A stretch of 64,000 bases of DNA from Toensbergia leucococca (Eukaryota), in assembly GCA_022813965.1 (NCBI GenBank), contig JALDZS010000076.1, forward strand, positions 1 through 64,000, written 5' to 3'. The translations under genes were made by a program, and so were the position numbers. Within the stretch, counting starts at the first letter, position 1, and every line of letters begins with the position of its first letter. Shown here piece by piece: positions 1-13,131 of this stretch. The notes under the pieces were generated by a model. The model did no database searches. It saw nothing but the letters and a program-made list of their open reading frames with translations, and was not told the origin of the DNA.

Positions 1-1141
1 CTCACAGTTGAGTTTCTGTCCAGCTTGATTGACTGTGAATCGAGAGTTCCTTCCCAAGAGCTCCCTGCGCTGCCTTCACCTTGTCTTCTTGATCGAGGCT
101 GAACTCAAGCAAATGCTTTGCTACATTTATTTCACGCTTTTTGAGCATTTTTGATGCCAAAAAAATCGTTGCCCAGATGGGAATGAGAACGGACATTTGT
201 GACTAATAAGTATTTAATGAAAACATGGCTCATCCTTGCATCTGCATCGAATGAAGTCACATTCTTGGAACTCGGTTCTAGGGTTCTCATGCTGTCCGGG
301 GCCATTCATATAATCCTATTGCCACTGCAGAATCTCCTATCTAATTCTCGAAGGTCACAGAAGCTGACTGTTTAGCATTGTTTGATTGGCAGGGCTAAAA
401 TGACCCACAGCCACGAACACTTCTAGCACTGACTCAGGCAGATTTGGCAGTCATGAATAAAGTCCGAAGATGGCTAGGACTAAGATTCGGGCGGCAGACA
501 ACCAGTTGAGCGGCCAGAAACGAAGCCAGTGATTTTCCATCTTGTTCTCGGTAGACCTGTCGCTTTAGAGGCGAGACAGGTCACGTCTGAAAGCTTAAAT
601 GTTGCCTTGTATCATGCATGCACTGTCCCGTTCGGATGCCAGCATCTCTACGTATAGGGCATTGGATGCGTGGTATTTTGAAAAGGCTCGAGTCTTCTCG
701 AACCCGTAGCGAAGGCTGCTTTCTCCTCTAATTGAGCAGTCCTTGGGAATTGAGCCATTAACAGTTGACAGGGTGAGATGGCATTTCAGGTCATTGAATA
801 CACATGTGAGGTTGGGTATCTGCTGTGTCTTGCTTACCTAGTTTGTCTCTTGGAAGATTTGGATTGGTGAAATGTTGTCTCATATGTTCCCTCGATAACT
901 GGTATGCACTCGGCTAATAATAGTCCAATGTGCAGCAGACGTGATACGGCGACTTGGAGAGAGACGCGGTCGAAGCAATAATCGCCCCTGAAGAAGCTGA
1001 TCAACTTACACATCGCATAGAGCTACCTATCAGTTTGCTTGGCTGACTTTCTCTTGTCGTTCATCGAAACTTTTACCACCTGTCTCCGAACAGACTTTCA
1101 GACGCCAATCTCGTCCGAGTTCAGCGGTCTTGACTGCCGCT

Positions 1142-2119
1142 ATGTCATTGTCGGCTTCTTTTGATTATGCAATACTGGATGTCTTCACAGAATCACGCTG
1201 GACTGGGAATCCATTGGCCATAGTTAATATTCCCACCCGCTTGATCCTTGACCAAGACCAGAAACAAAAGATTGCGTGTGAATTCAACTTTTCCGAGACA
1301 GTTTTCTTACATGAAGCTGAGGGGGGGTTTTCATCACATCGGAGAATTGAAATTTTCACCCCTACAGAAGAGCTGCCTTTTGCCGGTCATCCTACCATAG
1401 GCACAATTTGTTATATCTGTGCAGATGCACCAATACAAGATGTGACGCTCCTGACTAAGGCTGGCCCTATAGCAGCACGCTACGATCGCAGCACAAGAAT
1501 AGCTAGCGCGCAGATCCCACACGACATCTGTCTTCACTCAAAGCGCCTTGGCTGGATGCAGGTTTTGGAGTCCCAACCGCAGCTGATCGAAACACGAGGC
1601 TCAGTGGAGAAACCTCTACATGAGACTTGGTCTTGGGCTAGGGAATCTGAGGGCATGCTACCTGTTGTCTCAATTGTGAAAGGCTTGAGCTTCATACTCG
1701 TTGAGCTTCCTACAGTGAAAGACCACCTTGAGAAGATTCAGCCTAGTTACCGACGAATAGACCCAGAGACCATACAATTAGATGATGGTTGGTCGCCTTC
1801 TTTCGTTGCTCCTTACTACTACGTCGTCGGTCCAGACGAGGGAGACCAAATCACAAGGATCAGAGCACGATTGATCGAGCCAGATATTGGCGAAGATCCG
1901 GCCACTGGCAGTGCGGCCAGCACTCTTGGTTCTTACCTTGCGTTGAAAGAAAATGGGGACGGGAAGACGTACCGGTATCGCATTGAGCAAGGCGTGGAAA
2001 TGGGAAGACGGAGTATTATCACAGTAGACGTAACGATGAACGAGACTGGGAAGTCGGTCAACGAAGTTATGCTTTCGGGTGCGTCTGTCATGGCAATGCA
2101 GGGCACTTTGACTACTTGA
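1142..2119 (+). CDS. PhzF/PhzC-family (DAP-epimerase-like) protein
   Basis: Intronless ORF with family motifs DVFT...GNPLAIV, EFNFSETVF, IFTPTEELPFAGHPTIG, EDPATGSAA and IEQGVEMGRRS; first ATG at 1142. Confidence 0.92.
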   Translation: MSLSASFDYAILDVFTESRWTGNPLAIVNIPTRLILDQDQKQKIACEFNFSETVFLHEAEGGFSSHRRIEIFTPTEELPFAGHPTIGTICYICADAPIQDVTLLTKAGPIAARYDRSTRIASAQIPHDICLHSKRLGWMQVLESQPQLIETRGSVEKPLHETWSWARESEGMLPVVSIVKGLSFILVELPTVKDHLEKIQPSYRRIDPETIQLDDGWSPSFVAPYYYVVGPDEGDQITRIRARLIEPDIGEDPATGSAASTLGSYLALKENGDGKTYRYRIEQGVEMGRRSIITVDVTMNETGKSVNEVMLSGASVMAMQGTLTT

Positions 2120-2579
2120 AATGACCACCCTATCCTGGCATGCGCTTCATGGGAACAGAATCTCTCGCTGTTCGTATCTGGTAGATTGGCAGTCGCGTGT
2201 AGAATTGGCCAATCAGTGTACCCGGTCTCGTAACGAATTTGACATGCCCCACGTTAGATTCTCGGTGGCTGGTTGATCAATGAAAAGATCTATTGGCGGT
2301 ATGTCAAGAACAAGCCAGGTGTATTTTGAAGCGTGATTAGAGGGTGTTGTGGGAATAGGACAAAGTCATTTTTTTAATTTATCTCCGCAATATTTGACTG
2401 TTACGGATAGCGTAGACCAGGATTGCTACACATGCTCATGCAAGATGACTTCAAGCTCCCAGAACATATCCTACACATTCAGAACATCATGTCGTATATG
2501 TTAGATATAACGCCCTGATGAAGGCAATGAGCCAGCTCCTCATCATTGACTTTGTTCTACTGCAGCAGCAAGCCCCATC

Positions 2580-3679
2580 ATGGGCTCGGTATTGCCATTC
2601 CACACCCCAATAGCAAAACCAATACCTTCTGCAAAGACAACACCGTCGAAAGCTATTGTCGATCGCAATGTCATCAGCGTTGTTCTGGGAGATATACTGT
2701 TCAAGACGTGGTACCCTTCATTTTACCCCGAAGAGCTGGCCGGCAAGGAGCTTGATAGGCTGTATGTTTGCCAGTGGTGCTTCAAGTATTCAAAGGAGCT
2801 AATGCCCTTTCTCGCCCATACTGTAGGTGGCACGCTCCCCAGATTTTCACCCAAACCACGCTAGACCTACTCATAAAGTCTGGATAGAAATTGTGCCCCG
2901 CGAAACATGCAGCACCTCCCGGAAGACTCATCTACGCAAAAGACTCGCATTCAATATACGAAGTTGATGGCGAAGAACACAAGGCTAGTAAATAGCTTCT
3001 ACGTACAGAAAGATCCACGATGCCCATACTAACGCCTTGATTCCAGCTCTTTACACAGAACCTTTCGCTCTTCGCAAAGCTTTTCCTCGACAACAAATCC
3101 GTTTTCTTTGATGTGACATCCTTCAACTATTATCTCCTGGCTCACACCCCTCCTCCTGCTCCCACCAGCAGCTCCTCACCACAGCCACAAATCGTTGGCT
3201 TTTTCAGCAAAGAAAAAATGAGCTGGGACAATAACAACCTCGCTTGCATTCTCGTCTTCCCGCCCTGGCAACGCAAAGGTCTGGGTAAGATTCTCATGGG
3301 AATAAGCTATGAGCTTAGTGAGCGCGAAGGCCGGATCGGAGGGCCAGAGAAACCGTTGAGTGAGTTGGGAACGAAGGGATACATGAGGTTTTGGGAGGCG
3401 AGGATCGCAAATGCTATTCTAGGGATGAAGGCAAAAGCGACGATGACGGTGGGAGAGATTGCAGAAAGTTGTTGGGTGCTGCCAGAGGATACGGTGGCGG
3501 TGTTGAGAGCGATGGGGTTTCTGGCAACGAAGAAGAAAGCGGACGGTAGTGTTCTGGTCAGTAAAGCGAAGATGATGGAGTGGGTGAGCGCCAATGGGAT
3601 TGATTTGACGCCGCCGATCTGTGGCGAGGGCTTTCTGAAGGAAGGCAGCCCTGAAGACCTGCAGAACGAAGAGGCTTGA
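2580..3679 (+). CDS. MYST-family histone acetyltransferase (Sas2-like), spliced; a short upstream exon is possible
   Basis: TWYPSFYPEE, zinc knuckle LYVCQWCFKY, NLSLFAKLFLDNKSVFFDV, VGFFSKEK, NNLACILVFPPWQRKGLG and GGPEKPLSELG; introns at about 2823-2888 and 2984-3046. Confidence 0.88.
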
Positions 3680-4704
3680 TGACAATATAAAAAAAAGACT
3701 GTTCTCAAATGGTCAGTCTCAATCACTTTTCATACCCCCGGTTTGAAATGCGTGTAGAAGCTGTTGCTTTCTCAGACCCCTCCTCAAGATGTGTTACGCT
3801 CGAGGTTAGCAACCCCACTCTCTATAGCTCTATGGGGTTAATACGTGGGACGAACCGCCTTCCAGGGAGAAAGGGTTCCAAGGAAATGATGATGACAACC
3901 GAGACCTTTCGAAAAAGGAAGTGGTTGAATGCGTTGTTGTTGTTCTTTTTCTTTGTCAAAGATGTCCAAGGCAAGTTATGGCAGCGATGCGATGTAGAGG
4001 AGACGACTTGCGAGGCACAAGATCTGTCGCACTGCTAGAGGAGGTCGGTCAAGACGCTGATGGAGGGCGCGCATCGAGTAAGGGGGCTCCCCTTATTTGC
4101 GCAGGGTTTTTCTGCTTTGGTGTTGGAAATTTTGAGATTCCTTTGCGTCCGGTCTGCAGGTGAGGTATTCATTCTTGAGTTGGGATGATGGTCTTTCTCT
4201 GAGCATTTCGTTTTTTTGCTTTCTGGAGATGTTGTTTGCGTTTTGTGGGCTGGAATTGGCATTTTTTCATTCGTCTTTTGGTTTTGGGTTTGTTAGTGGT
4301 GTCTGCTGGGATAGTTGTAGTGGTTTCTTTTGCTTTTTTTTCCCTCTCTCATCGTTGTGGTGATATGTAGCGGAATAATTGGATTATAATGGGGGCGGTT
4401 TTTTGGGGGGGCTCGTATTTCATACTGGAATCAGGTATTTTTGCATATCTTTAAATTAGGAGGCTTTTTTTCAAGGTTTGTGCGAGTTGAATGAATTCGA
4501 CGAAAAGATCCCCAATTGACACGTTACTTTGTTCAATCTCACGCCGAGCAGACGGAAAAGGAGGAGGAGAAGGAGGTGTGAGGGGAGAAATGAGAATGAT
4601 ACGCCCCCGGGGATGACTCGGAGGATTAGCAACACAGATCTTTGACGGCGGTGAGGATGATGAGACGCATAGCGAGGGTAAGATGGAAGGAAGATGATGG
4701 GGTA

Positions 4705-4860
4705 AGATATGTACCTTGGGTTCCTCGTTATGAGCAGGTAAGGTGGTACCTTGCGTCGTATCTCATAGATCAAAACACCCTCGGTCTGTACAACGCTGAT
4801 TTAGCACCATCCCTTGGAGCTTCGGCAACACCTGGCAAGCCGGTCATAATCTTATATACC
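4705..4860. repeat. Diverged copy of a module of the accessory repeat family
   Basis: tagatcaaaacaccctcggtctgta (~4766) matches tagaccaaaacaccttcggtctgaa (~45216); both are followed by an ...tcttatatac end. Confidence 0.55.
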
Positions 4861-5002
4861 CAATTATCCGGCATTGAAATCGAATAGCAGTCACATCCTA
4901 TTATGCCGAAAGATCTGTCCAATCCAACATATACCCAAAAAACCTATAACGCACACTCACCTAAGCCCCATAATTCCCCTTTCCCGCCCCCACCCCCTAA
5001 AA

Positions 5003-6230
5003 TCATTGAACCCTCCAACCCGAGTGCTCAAACGGCGCCCGCTTCCCAAACTCAGCCGCTCCCTTGGCAGCCGCAAACACGGCATCAGACACGTAATAAT
5101 CCGGCACCCACGGCGTCAAAGCACCCACCGTCTCTTTCAGCACCTCCAGGAATCCCTCCTCGTGCACGCTTTCCCCAAGCACTAGCACCACATTCGGCCG
5201 CCGCCAATACTTCAGCATAGGCGCCCTCAAATGCGTACGTACATCGCTCCAGTAGTCGCCAGCGTAGTCCGCTCGAGCGTCGGAACCGAGCTCGAAGTCT
5301 TTGCTGTGGAGGTACTGGGAGCCGTACTGCCAGTGAAGGTCCCACACGACGGTCGTGGACCAGGAGAGCACGGTTTTGGTGTAGACGACTGCGGTTAGGT
5401 TTATTTCCGGCCCGGAGTGTTGTTTCAGATCGGCCTGGCAGGCGGTCCAGTTTTTGTAGTATTCGTTTGCACAGATACCTAATCCGTTGCCGGCGTATGC
5501 TGCGATACCTTCATCAATCAGGGGACCGACGGACGGGTATTCGGCATAGAAGGGAGATTGCAGGCCGGCGAAGTCGAGGGCGTCGTCAATGTCTTCTTGA
5601 TATAGCGCAATTGGGTGTGGGCTCACCACTACGGCGGCGGAAATGGTATGGCCAAGCTTTTCCTCTGCTTCGGTTTTTAGGGTTGTGATTAGTCTACTTA
5701 GCGTACCGACGTCGTTTGTAGCTGGGAAGCCCCATTTCTTGCGGATTTCTCGCCACCAGTGTCGCTTCCAGTCACCCCATGGCTCGAGTGGTTTCTGAAA
5801 TGGCGGGCTGGGAAGATGTTAGTTGGGAGGTTTTTGGAAAAGGAGAGAAAAAAGACGGGTGGGCTCCTGACGCCTGATGTTGGGACTTGGAAAGACACAG
5901 GCGCTTGATCATCTCGCGATAGTCGCTGTCAGCTTCCACTTTGGCAATGGCAACATTTGAGCCATTTGGATAGCTCAACGCGGCTGTCCTAACAGACAAT
6001 CACTTATCAGAGAAATGAACAGCAGATTATTTCGTCGAGAGGGAAATGTACCCATATGAGGCGCCCAGATCGAAGCCGACGCCAATGATTGGAGTCGGCT
6101 TTGCCTCAGCTGGTGGATGATGAGCGTGTGGTCGAGCACCCAAGATAAGTTGTAGGCCCAATAGAGCGAAAATGAAGAGAAAGAGCAATGTTACGAAAGC
6201 CACTCGCCCTAGGACCTTCAGAGCCGTCAT
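5003..6230 (-). CDS. Membrane-anchored or secreted protein with a reduced actin/Hsp70-like ATPase fold, spliced
   Basis: Hydrophobic N-terminus, then VGFDLGASYG (phosphate-1-like), AEEKLGHTISAAVV, VLVLGES and FAAAKGAA, paralleling the Hsp70 nucleotide-binding-domain motifs; first intron starts gtacat at 6051. Confidence 0.6.
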
Positions 6231-6861
6231 AATGGCTCAATCATGGATGAAGAAGGAAGCAGCCTTGAGCAGTTGAGTGCAAAGGGTTTGAGCAAGTGAC
6301 GAGCACAATAAAGATACGAAAGCTGGTATCTAATGCGAAATCAATTCTGACTGGGGAGATCTGCGTCGCACAAAGTATTGAAATCGATCAATTGGACATT
6401 ATCAAGAGGCAGAGACGTTCGTCGACATTTGATGGCGCTTATGGAGGTTTGACCTGCGAACGGGCGGAGTCTTACCCACACGATGTCTGCCTAAAGCGGC
6501 TCAGCTATCCAACACGACACCATCGGATGACAGGATTTTATGCCTTGCATTCCTCGATTGAAGCAGAAGTTTGGTGTGGAGTACTTAAGCGAGGAGTCTG
6601 AGCCCCACATCCTGGAGCCCTAGAAGTCAAATACCCTCAGCCTCATGCAAATTACCCATCGCTGCTATCCGTACTATCCAGAGGTACTCGTGTTTGATTT
6701 ACTAGCCTGTGAAACATTAACCTTATAGAAGCCTTATGAGCATAGGAGTGCTTCGTTACCAGACTTATCATCACAGTCCTGATCATTTAGAAAATGCTCA
6801 TGCCACATTCATTAAGCATTAAACGTCACTTCTCTACGCTGAATGCATGCAGAATAAGTGG

Positions 6862-7673
6862 CTATTCTAACAAAGAAGCTGGTAATCCCTCCAACGCCTG
6901 TCTGACATCCTCCCTGGTAGAGTCTTTGCTTTTCTCTTGACCTTTCGGCGGATTCGTCTGGATCTCCAAAGTAACCTGTAATTAAACACGAATCAGTAGC
7001 TGCCGAACAAATACATCGACAAGACAAGTAATCATGGTTTACCGCCCCATCCTCGCTGCGGTAGTCTACACCTACCGGGCCATCATTCACCAACCCCACT
7101 TCCATCAAGGCCTGGAAGACTCCGTTCTTTACTCTTTCTGGAACATAAAGCTCCTGAACCTTGGCAAAAAAGTCATCGTATAGCTCTCTTGCCTGGTCTC
7201 CGCCAGCTGCGCCATGAAAATCGGGTTTCGAGCCTTTCTTGGTCGAGGCCAGCAATGTAAATTGAGACACTATGAGTACGCATCAGGACGCATCAATTGA
7301 GTTTGATAAAATGTCTCGTATGGAAAGGGCCTACCGCAGAGTACTTCTCCCATAATATCTTGCACGTTGTTTTTCCACTTCATTCGACCAGGGGTCAGCA
7401 TGATGGTAGTTGCAAAGTCCCAACTGAGCTCTCATACAGTGCCACCCGTTTCATCAGGCCACATTCTCAGTTTCAAGACCTTGGATGCCATCGCCTCTAC
7501 TTCCTTGCGAGTGTCATCCGGCGCAATCGCAGCGAAGACCAGTACGCCTTTCCCGATAGAAGAGATAAGTTGTTTGTCGACAGTGACTGAAGCCGAGGCA
7601 ACTCGCTGGAGAATGGCTATGATCTATCAGATACTATAATTGTAGGCGAAAGTGACTGCAGAACACCTTTCAT
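6862..7673 (-). CDS. DTD1: D-aminoacyl-tRNA deacylase
   Basis: Spliced frame MKA-ILQRVASASVTVD...IGKGVLVF, SQFTL, KGSKPDFH, NGVFQALMEVGLVNDGP-VTLEI; ATG at 7673, TAG at 6864-6862. Confidence 0.92.
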
Positions 7674-8267
7674 GCCTGTCTTGGATACTAAGAGTCTTCT
7701 TGGTACGTGCAACAACCTTTACTGTAGCTGGAATCCACAAATGCCCCAAAAATCAAGATATCTTGATTGATGATGACGCTCAAGAATTGACATGTCTTTA
7801 CTGGAGTAGGTACGAGTAGAAATTTGATAGTAGGATCTATCAGTGTCTGCCTCTATTGATCATACTATCCCACTCCCCATATATTGACAAAGAAAGATAT
7901 GAGATAAGTAGACTGACGAGAAAGTCAAATGGTAATATTATTGATACATGGAGGTGTGATACTCCACAAATTCCGAGAGATTCCGTCTCATACGAGTAGA
8001 ATACTTAAATCACGCGAGCTCCAAAAAGCTTGGCATCGCGACTCCCTCACTCAAGTGAAAGAATTTTGAGGCGAGGTGACCAAAGAGCCGCAAGTATCTA
8101 CAGCTATCGTAGTTCACCCACCTCTCTACACTTCACGCATACTTCATGCATACCTTCGGAAGACCATCGCCGCATGATCAATATCATCAACACTGTGAAC
8201 TTCAACCCCTCAGCCTCGACTGGCCTACGCCTCAACACGACACATCCTCATTCCCAAACCTAACACC

Positions 8268-10464
8268 ATGGCACAACGAAAATTACAGCAGGAGATCGAT
8301 AAGACCTTCAAGAAAGTCTCCGAGGGCATACAAGCTTTTGAGGCCATTTTCGACAAAATCCAACAGACCACCAATGCCTCACAGAAGGAGAAGCTGGAAG
8401 ATTCCCTTAAGCGGGAGATTAAGAAACTCCAGCGGCACCGAGATCAAATAAAGACCTGGGCAGCAGGTAACGAGATCAAGGATAAAAAGCCGCTCATGGA
8501 GCAGCGGAAAGCCATCGAGAACGTATGTGCTGTTTGAGGACATCAGGGCCAAGCCGAAGGTGCTGACAATAGTCATTAATGCAGCAAATGGAGAAATTCA
8601 AAGCCGTTGAGAAGGAGATGAAAACCAAAGCCTTTTCAAAAGAAGGGCTGTCAATTGGGACGAAATTAGATCCAAAGGAGAAAGAGAAACTGGAGGCTTG
8701 CCAATTCTTGTCGGGTATGGTCGAAGAGTTGGAGCGGCAAGTGGAAACATTGGAGGCAGAGGAGGAGGCTCTACAGGCCAATGTGAAAAAAGGGAAAAAA
8801 GACATAGGGAAAGCAGATCGACTGGCTGAGATTGGAAGGTTGACGGAACGACATAAGTGGCACCAGGGAAAGCTTGAGCTGCTTCTACGGTCTTTGGAGA
8901 ACGGTAATGTCGACACTGACCAGGTTCATGAATTGCAAGAGAGCGTCAAATACTATGTGGAGGAAAATCAGGCCGTGGAATTCATGGAAGACGACACAAT
9001 ATATGACGATCTGAACCTTGAAGAGGATGAAGGCGCCTTTGGCATGAACAACGATAATGACCGAGTTTCTTCACAGGATACCCAGTCCGTACAGGATGAT
9101 TTACCAGAGACCGCCGACGGTCGGGGCATCAGTATTGGACCGGGCAAGCCGAAATCATCATCAGTATCAGAACCACCCATACCAGCTGCGCGGCGACCCT
9201 CAAACCAGCTGAAGTCACCACTACCTGCCTTGGCAACTCTACACACACCTCTGGCTAACGTTGCCAATGGTGTTGTGACTAATAATATGAAGCCTGCACC
9301 TCTACCAACCAGACTACCAGGCGAGACACTGAAGTATTCTTCCGCAGCGGCAGCTGCTGCAGCTAGTGATAAGAACACCGTTGGAATAGCGCCGCTACCC
9401 CCACCCCCAGGCGTAGAAGTAGCCCCAGCGTTGAGCATGAGTGCTGGACAAGCAGCTCTCCCACCGACTCCTGGACCAAGAAGCAGCGCTACAACGTCAC
9501 CTAGTGCGGTACCATCTTTGCCAACCAGTGTTGGTCATACTCCAGCCCAGAAATCTGCAGTTCCTATCGCAACGCACACAGATGGCTTGCCTAGTAGTCA
9601 AGAACAGGTAAAATCTCCTACGTTAAGCCTTGCGAATCCAATAGCATCAAGTGCTACTGGAATACCGCCACCGCGAACGCCAGCTCCTGAGTCGGTCGAC
9701 GGACCGATAGCATTGTCGAGCTCTGACATACTCGCCCCTGCTCAAATACCCATAAAAGAAGGCTTAGAATCACCGATACCAAGTCTAGAACAGCCTCAGC
9801 CTATATCCCAGCCGGTTATGGAGCGGACGAATGGGGAGCCACAAACAGAACATGAAGAGAACGAGCCTATCTATCACCTACCTCCGGGTCTACAGGATCT
9901 CATCCAGTCATTTGAAGTGACCAAGAGCCGTGCGCCATCTGCCCCCTCACCTTCGGTACAACGGCTGCTGAGCGCCTCACATGCTACATGCCCCGACTTC
10001 TTAGACGCAGAGAAACCTCACCACTACAGGCCGCAAACAAAGTACAACACGCCGCGATATTATCCTCAGGAACCATTCTTGATTATCGACGACCCAGTTC
10101 TGTACAGCAAGATCGATACCGACACGCTTTTCTATATATTCTACTATCGTCAAGGCACCTATCAACAGCATCTGGCTGCGAAATCGCTGAAGAATCAGAG
10201 TTGGCGTTTTCACAAACAGTATCAGACGTGGTTCCAGCGACATGAAGAGCCAAAAACGATAACAGAGGAGTATGAACAAGGGACTTATCGATTCTTTGAC
10301 TATGAGAGTACATGGTATGTAATGGCCTACGAAGATCTGGGTTCTTTTTAAATTCAGAAGCACTTGCCCAAGTCAAGAACAACAGCTACTGATACATTAA
10401 TAGGATGAATCGACGGAAAGCAGACTTCAAATTTGCTTATAAGTTTCTAGAAGATGATCTATGA
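8268..10464 (+). CDS. NOT3: CCR4-NOT complex subunit Not3/Not5
   Basis: N-terminal [17 protein letters not shown]...[13 protein letters not shown]-terminal NOT-box DTLFYIFYY...[15 protein letters not shown]; last exon [19 protein letters not shown]; two introns. Confidence 0.95.
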
Positions 10465-13131
10465 TTAGCGAGGCGTCAGGGACTGAAGACTAGGGATTTT
10501 GGCGCAGAGCGCTGAACTCTACTCTGAGCACCAGGTCACTGGTTGCGCTCGCTACTACTAGCATAGTAGTGTCGTTGATCAAAGCTTCGATTTGAGGATG
10601 CCAAGGCTACCCAAACATCACCCTTTCAGCCGATCCGCATCCTGATTGATTTCCCCTCATACTGACTCTTATGAAGCTTGATCGATGTATGAGGTGAGCT
10701 GAGTAACTTACGAGAGTGCTGTGACAAATGACTTTGGACGATGCTGTGACAAACCCGGTTGTAGCAGAAGTCATAAGCGGGAATTCCTTTACATGATACT
10801 CATTATCAAGCATCCTCGGAGATTCATTGCTTACTCACTGAAGATAATGACGCCCGCTTGTCAACGAAGTATTGAGTCTTCTATTTTGGAAATGACATCT
10901 AACTAAAGTCCACGAATATGCACCCGATAATATTTCAAGAGTGGAAGATATCCATTCTGAAGTAGCTTTCGTAAAGGTCACTTCGCTAACATCAGTCTAG
11001 CTAAATGATCCGTTCTGCTGGGCAGTCTGGATGTACTCGAACGTTTTGGAATATCTCATAGGCAGGAATTTTAGACTCTCAGTCTTTTCGTGCGCGAAGC
11101 GTCTCCGGAAATGATCCATATCGCAAAGCAATCATGGGTCAAAATGGCATCTCGGATGACTGATTGTGTCCACTCAGGAGCATTTACAGAACAAGACATG
11201 ATTTCAAAGTGATGGGTTGATCTTGGAGACATGGGGATTACCCTAGGGCCTTCAAGATGACAAGCTGCCTCATTTTATCGATAACATTGTGTACTCATAT
11301 ACTACGTGGAGCCTGCGAAGCCTTAAATCCACAACTGGGGCGCTATTTGACTTTGCCTGTCCCTTTCATGTCCAATGCGAATGGCCTCGGTTGTCAAGCG
11401 TCGAAAGTGGTTGGTACGGTGTGTCTCGTAGCCTCAGCAAGGCCGAGTGCCATGTGGCTCTTTTAGGCGACAAGGCTACCACGCTAAGTAAAGATCAGCC
11501 AACAAGCCCTCGAGCCTTCTGTATCGTGTCAATCAATCAACTGGCGACAACAAATCCTGCATGACATGGATCTGAGCCCGGATAAGAAGACTGTGTGCCC
11601 CGCGGTTTGCCTTTCTTCAATTCTGGGCGTCTCAGGCAACAAACTCCCACCGGTCGGCGCAGCTGTTATGGCTTCTCGAATACTGGCAACGGCAGAGAAG
11701 GTACTTCCGAACTAGGACATTAATTCCCAGATGGGTTGTCCTCGTCGCCTTTGACGTAACTCGCATGCTGACAAGAGCCGTCTGAAGGATCGAGTCTGTT
11801 GTGCCCTGCCATGCCCTCGCCCTGACTAGCTTCTCAAGAACTTCGCGCGGCTACGAACTTGAACGACTTTAGCAAACGAGAATGAGTTGGACAGATTGAG
11901 GCAGGCTTGGTCCAGACTAATAAGCCTGGGAGCCGTCTGTCGTTGCGAGACTTCTGGCGCCAGATAAAAAAAAGTGAGGCGGACCTTTTAGGCTAAACCT
12001 GGCACCGGCAAGATATTCCGGCTTCTTCGCAGAGCACACTTAGCGCTGAACGACAAGACGGTCAAACCCTGTTGTTGCCGGAGAGTCTTCCGTTGCAAGT
12101 CTACTCGAGAGCAGTGTTCTAGGCATGGCAAGAAAAAGTTGAGCTCCGCGTAATTAAACGCTTGGTGTCAATCGCTCTGCTTGCAATAACCACTAGTACA
12201 ACCCTGGGACCTTGACTGATCTATGCGGGGTCCATCATGATCGGCATAGGATTCTCCATGTCGACATGGCTTAGCTTTCACAAGCTTTCCTCCGCATAAA
12301 TGTTCTGGGAAATGTGTCAATGTTTCTTCTTAACCATATCAGGATGGAAACTCTTGGTTGCACGTTGCTACTCACCAAGGCTGACGTCTGCTTAGTCTGT
12401 AGCCTAGCTATCAGGTGAAACACTGCCACATTTAAGATTGGCCGACCTTCAATATCTGGCTGACCGTTCGAGGCGTTCATCATCCATCTCACAGCCTACG
12501 GGCCGTCCCGATTTGAGGCCTCCAATGGCTAAAAGTCCTATTGGATGCCCTAGTTCTTTGACTACTAAAAGTCAAAGTTGTTGTGCCAGGGCTTTAATTT
12601 TCGTGTGCACGATTTTTCATCGGCGAGGCGACTCTTTCTGCTGCGGGTACTGCATCCATGTCTTTAGCCAGTCAGAAGCCTCTTTTCGGCGAGTTTTAAG
12701 CTTCTTCCAACGCATGTCCTCCAATCAATCTGCTCGGTCAGGACCTATGGTACAATATCTCTTTGTGTGACATGGATTCTCCCGCTTCGCCTCAGCAAGT
12801 AGAGTCACCATTCCGTAGATGTTTGGGAGGCATCCTACACAATTTGTGATCCGGTCAAGCAAAGTCCTAAAATATGGAAATTTTAGGAAGTTAGGACGGA
12901 TGAGGCATTTTAGAGCCTCCTTCTGTCTTCAATACATAAGATCAACGAGCTACCAAGTAGCGTCTTCCATCGTGAAAGCTATGGGCTTGTTTTTTCTTCT
13001 TTGATCGCATATGTATGCTGGAATTCCACTCTGAATTTATGAGCTACAACGATGCTAACCGACTCCAGAGTCTATTTCGCATCTACTGTTCCCGCTTCCA
13101 CCAGGACGAATTTGTCTTAACCAATCCGAAG

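Noticed and set aside
2..350. Minus-strand ORF fragment at the window edge
   Set aside because: No recognisable domain and interrupted upstream; cannot be assigned.
10500..13100. Short ORFs in a long intergenic region
   Set aside because: Consistent with the extended upstream region of the C2H2 gene; no coding or RNA-gene signature seen.
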